A DNA stretch of 43,818 bases, taken from Verrucomicrobiota bacterium (GTDB lineage Bacteria; Verrucomicrobiota; Verrucomicrobiia; Limisphaerales; CAIQOK01). The stretch's first letter is position 1. Each line of letters begins with the position of its first letter. Of the stretch, positions 42,764-43,818 are shown one piece after another. Location: contig JAYWBR010000163.1 in assembly GCA_043781315.1 (NCBI GenBank), positions 1 to 43,818 of the forward strand. Direction: 5' to 3'. Position numbers and translations under genes: made by a program. The notes under the pieces were generated by a model. That model was not told the origin of the DNA, did no database searches, and was given only the letters and a program-made list of their open reading frames with translations.

Positions 42764-43618
42764 ATGAAAAACTTTGGCTTGGTGGTCGGCTTGTGGCTGG
42801 CCTCGCTGGTGAGCTTGTCGGCGCAGGTGACGATGGAACTTGCCTTGGATCAGGGAGAATTTCTGCCGGGCGAAGCCTTGCCCGTGGTCGTGCGCATCAC
42901 CAACCGCTCCGGGCAGACGCTCAACCTCGGCACCGACGAGGACTGGCTGAAATTCTCGGTGGAATCGCGGGACATCCCGATTGTCGTAAAAAACGGCGAG
43001 GCGCCCGTGGCGGAAAACATTGTGCTGGAATCCGCCCACACGGCCATCAAACGGGTGAACATCGCCCCGTACTTCAATCTCAAAAATCCCGGCCATTATT
43101 CGGTCCTGGCCACCGCCGTCATCAAGGACTGGAGCCGGCAGATCACGAGTGCGCCGGTGGGGTTTGATGTGATTCATGCGGCCAACCTGCGCGAGGTGGA
43201 ATTTGGCGTGCCGCTGCCGGCGGGTGTGTCCAACCGTCCGCCGGAAGTGCGCAAGTACACGCTGCTGCTGGCGAATCATCTCAGCAAGCTGACGCTCTAT
43301 TTTCAACTGAGCGAGGCTTCGGGAAAACACGACCGGATTTTTTCGCTGGGCCGGATGATCAACGCGGTGCCGGACATGGAAGTGGATCGCGCCAGCCGGC
43401 TGCACATCCTCTATCAGATTGGGGCGCATGCGGACTGTTATACGGTGATCAGTCCCGACGGCGACCTGCTCAAACGCCAGACCTACGAGTTCACGTCGCA
43501 TCCGCATTTGAAGTATGATGAGAATGGTGAGATGGCCGTGGCGGGCGCCACGCGGGTGAAAAAACCGAATGATTTACCCGCGCCCAACTTGGAGGCCGGC
43601 GAAACTAAAAAACCCTGA
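42764..43618 (+). CDS. secreted hypothetical protein (284 aa)
   Basis: Signal peptide MKNFGLVVGLWLASLVSLSAQV. Coding-like codon usage. I recognise no family. Confidence 0.5.
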   Translation: MKNFGLVVGLWLASLVSLSAQVTMELALDQGEFLPGEALPVVVRITNRSGQTLNLGTDEDWLKFSVESRDIPIVVKNGEAPVAENIVLESAHTAIKRVNIAPYFNLKNPGHYSVLATAVIKDWSRQITSAPVGFDVIHAANLREVEFGVPLPAGVSNRPPEVRKYTLLLANHLSKLTLYFQLSEASGKHDRIFSLGRMINAVPDMEVDRASRLHILYQIGAHADCYTVISPDGDLLKRQTYEFTSHPHLKYDENGEMAVAGATRVKKPNDLPAPNLEAGETKKP

Positions 43619-43627
43619 CGGACTTCG

Positions 43628-43818
43628 TCAAACCGCGACCGTCACCGGGCTGCTCTGCAACTGAAGAATTTTCTCCACCACCGCTTTCGTGTCGGGCAGC
43701 ACGAAGTCATGGTGCGCCGTACCGATCCACGGAGATTTTACCAGCAACGAGGTGGCTCCGACGGCCCGCGCCGCCTCCGCGTCCTGCCATTTGTCGCTGA
43801 TGACAAACGAGCGGTCCA
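43628..43818 (-). CDS. HAD-family phosphatase (GmhB-like), C-terminal fragment; the 5' end lies beyond the window
   Basis: My own translation of the minus strand gives DRSFVISDKWQDAEAARAVGATSLLVKSPW...VTVAV* (HAD motif IV, GD/SDxxxD type). Not present in the ORF track because there is no start codon within the window. Confidence 0.5.
   Translation of the reverse strand, partial: DRSFVISDKWQDAEAARAVGATSLLVKSPWIGTAHHDFVLPDTKAVVEKILQLQSSPVTVAV

Noticed and set aside
1-43818. tRNA, rRNA, tmRNA, RNase P, SRP RNA genes, and mobile-element genes (transposase, integrase, phage).
   Set aside because: By eye I found no cloverleaf-compatible or conserved-core sequences in the intergenic regions, and no ORF with transposase or integrase motifs. 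The palindromic repeats have no associated coding capacity. The absence of RNA genes should be confirmed with tRNAscan or Infernal.

Overview
GC-rich bacterial chromosomal window. An H-X9-DG prepilin-like protein, CBM-rich secreted glycanases and a divergent FtsZ suggest a PVC/Verrucomicrobiota-like organism; that placement is inference. There are no rRNA or tRNA genes, CRISPR arrays, transposases or integrases. Left part (1-25.2 kb): housekeeping genes (uvrD-family helicase, CBS protein, folB with an upstream HAD-Nudix fusion, rluE, rnhB, a PduO-type adenosyltransferase, a RibD_C-type reductase, queA). These are interleaved with a glycan-utilisation/sensing neighbourhood: a GH35 beta-galactosidase, a sensor kinase with NarL-type regulator, a triple-CBM secreted protein, an H-X9-DG pseudopilin-like protein, an orphan NarL-type regulator, an SGNH-TPR protein, and a GH5 enzyme with two CBM6 modules and an Fn3 domain. 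Right part (25.6-42.7 kb): a tightly packed division/cell-wall (dcw) cluster with non-canonical content. Its order is mraZ, orphan gene, rsmH, ftsL, ftsI, SIMPL-domain gene, murF, mraY, LysM gene, ftsW, murG, murB, ddl, ftsQ, ftsA, ftsZ. murE, murD and murC are absent from their usual slots. The most unusual signal is not a gene. The window holds two kinds of structured repeats: (i) hairpins whose arms are tandem 7-nt words, placed at cistron boundaries of the dcw operon, with the same words also translated inside uvrD and the RibD_C gene; (ii) GC-rich perfect or near-perfect palindromes carried in frame inside murB, the murG tail and rluE. Other points are a tandemly duplicated stem-loop with a compensatory base change at the ftsL/ftsI junction, a 10-bp-phased TGGGN-like box array upstream of mraZ, and a shared palindrome upstream of the kinase operon and the GH5 gene. 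Many long ORFs in the supplied track are antisense shadow ORFs typical of GC-rich DNA and were not called.
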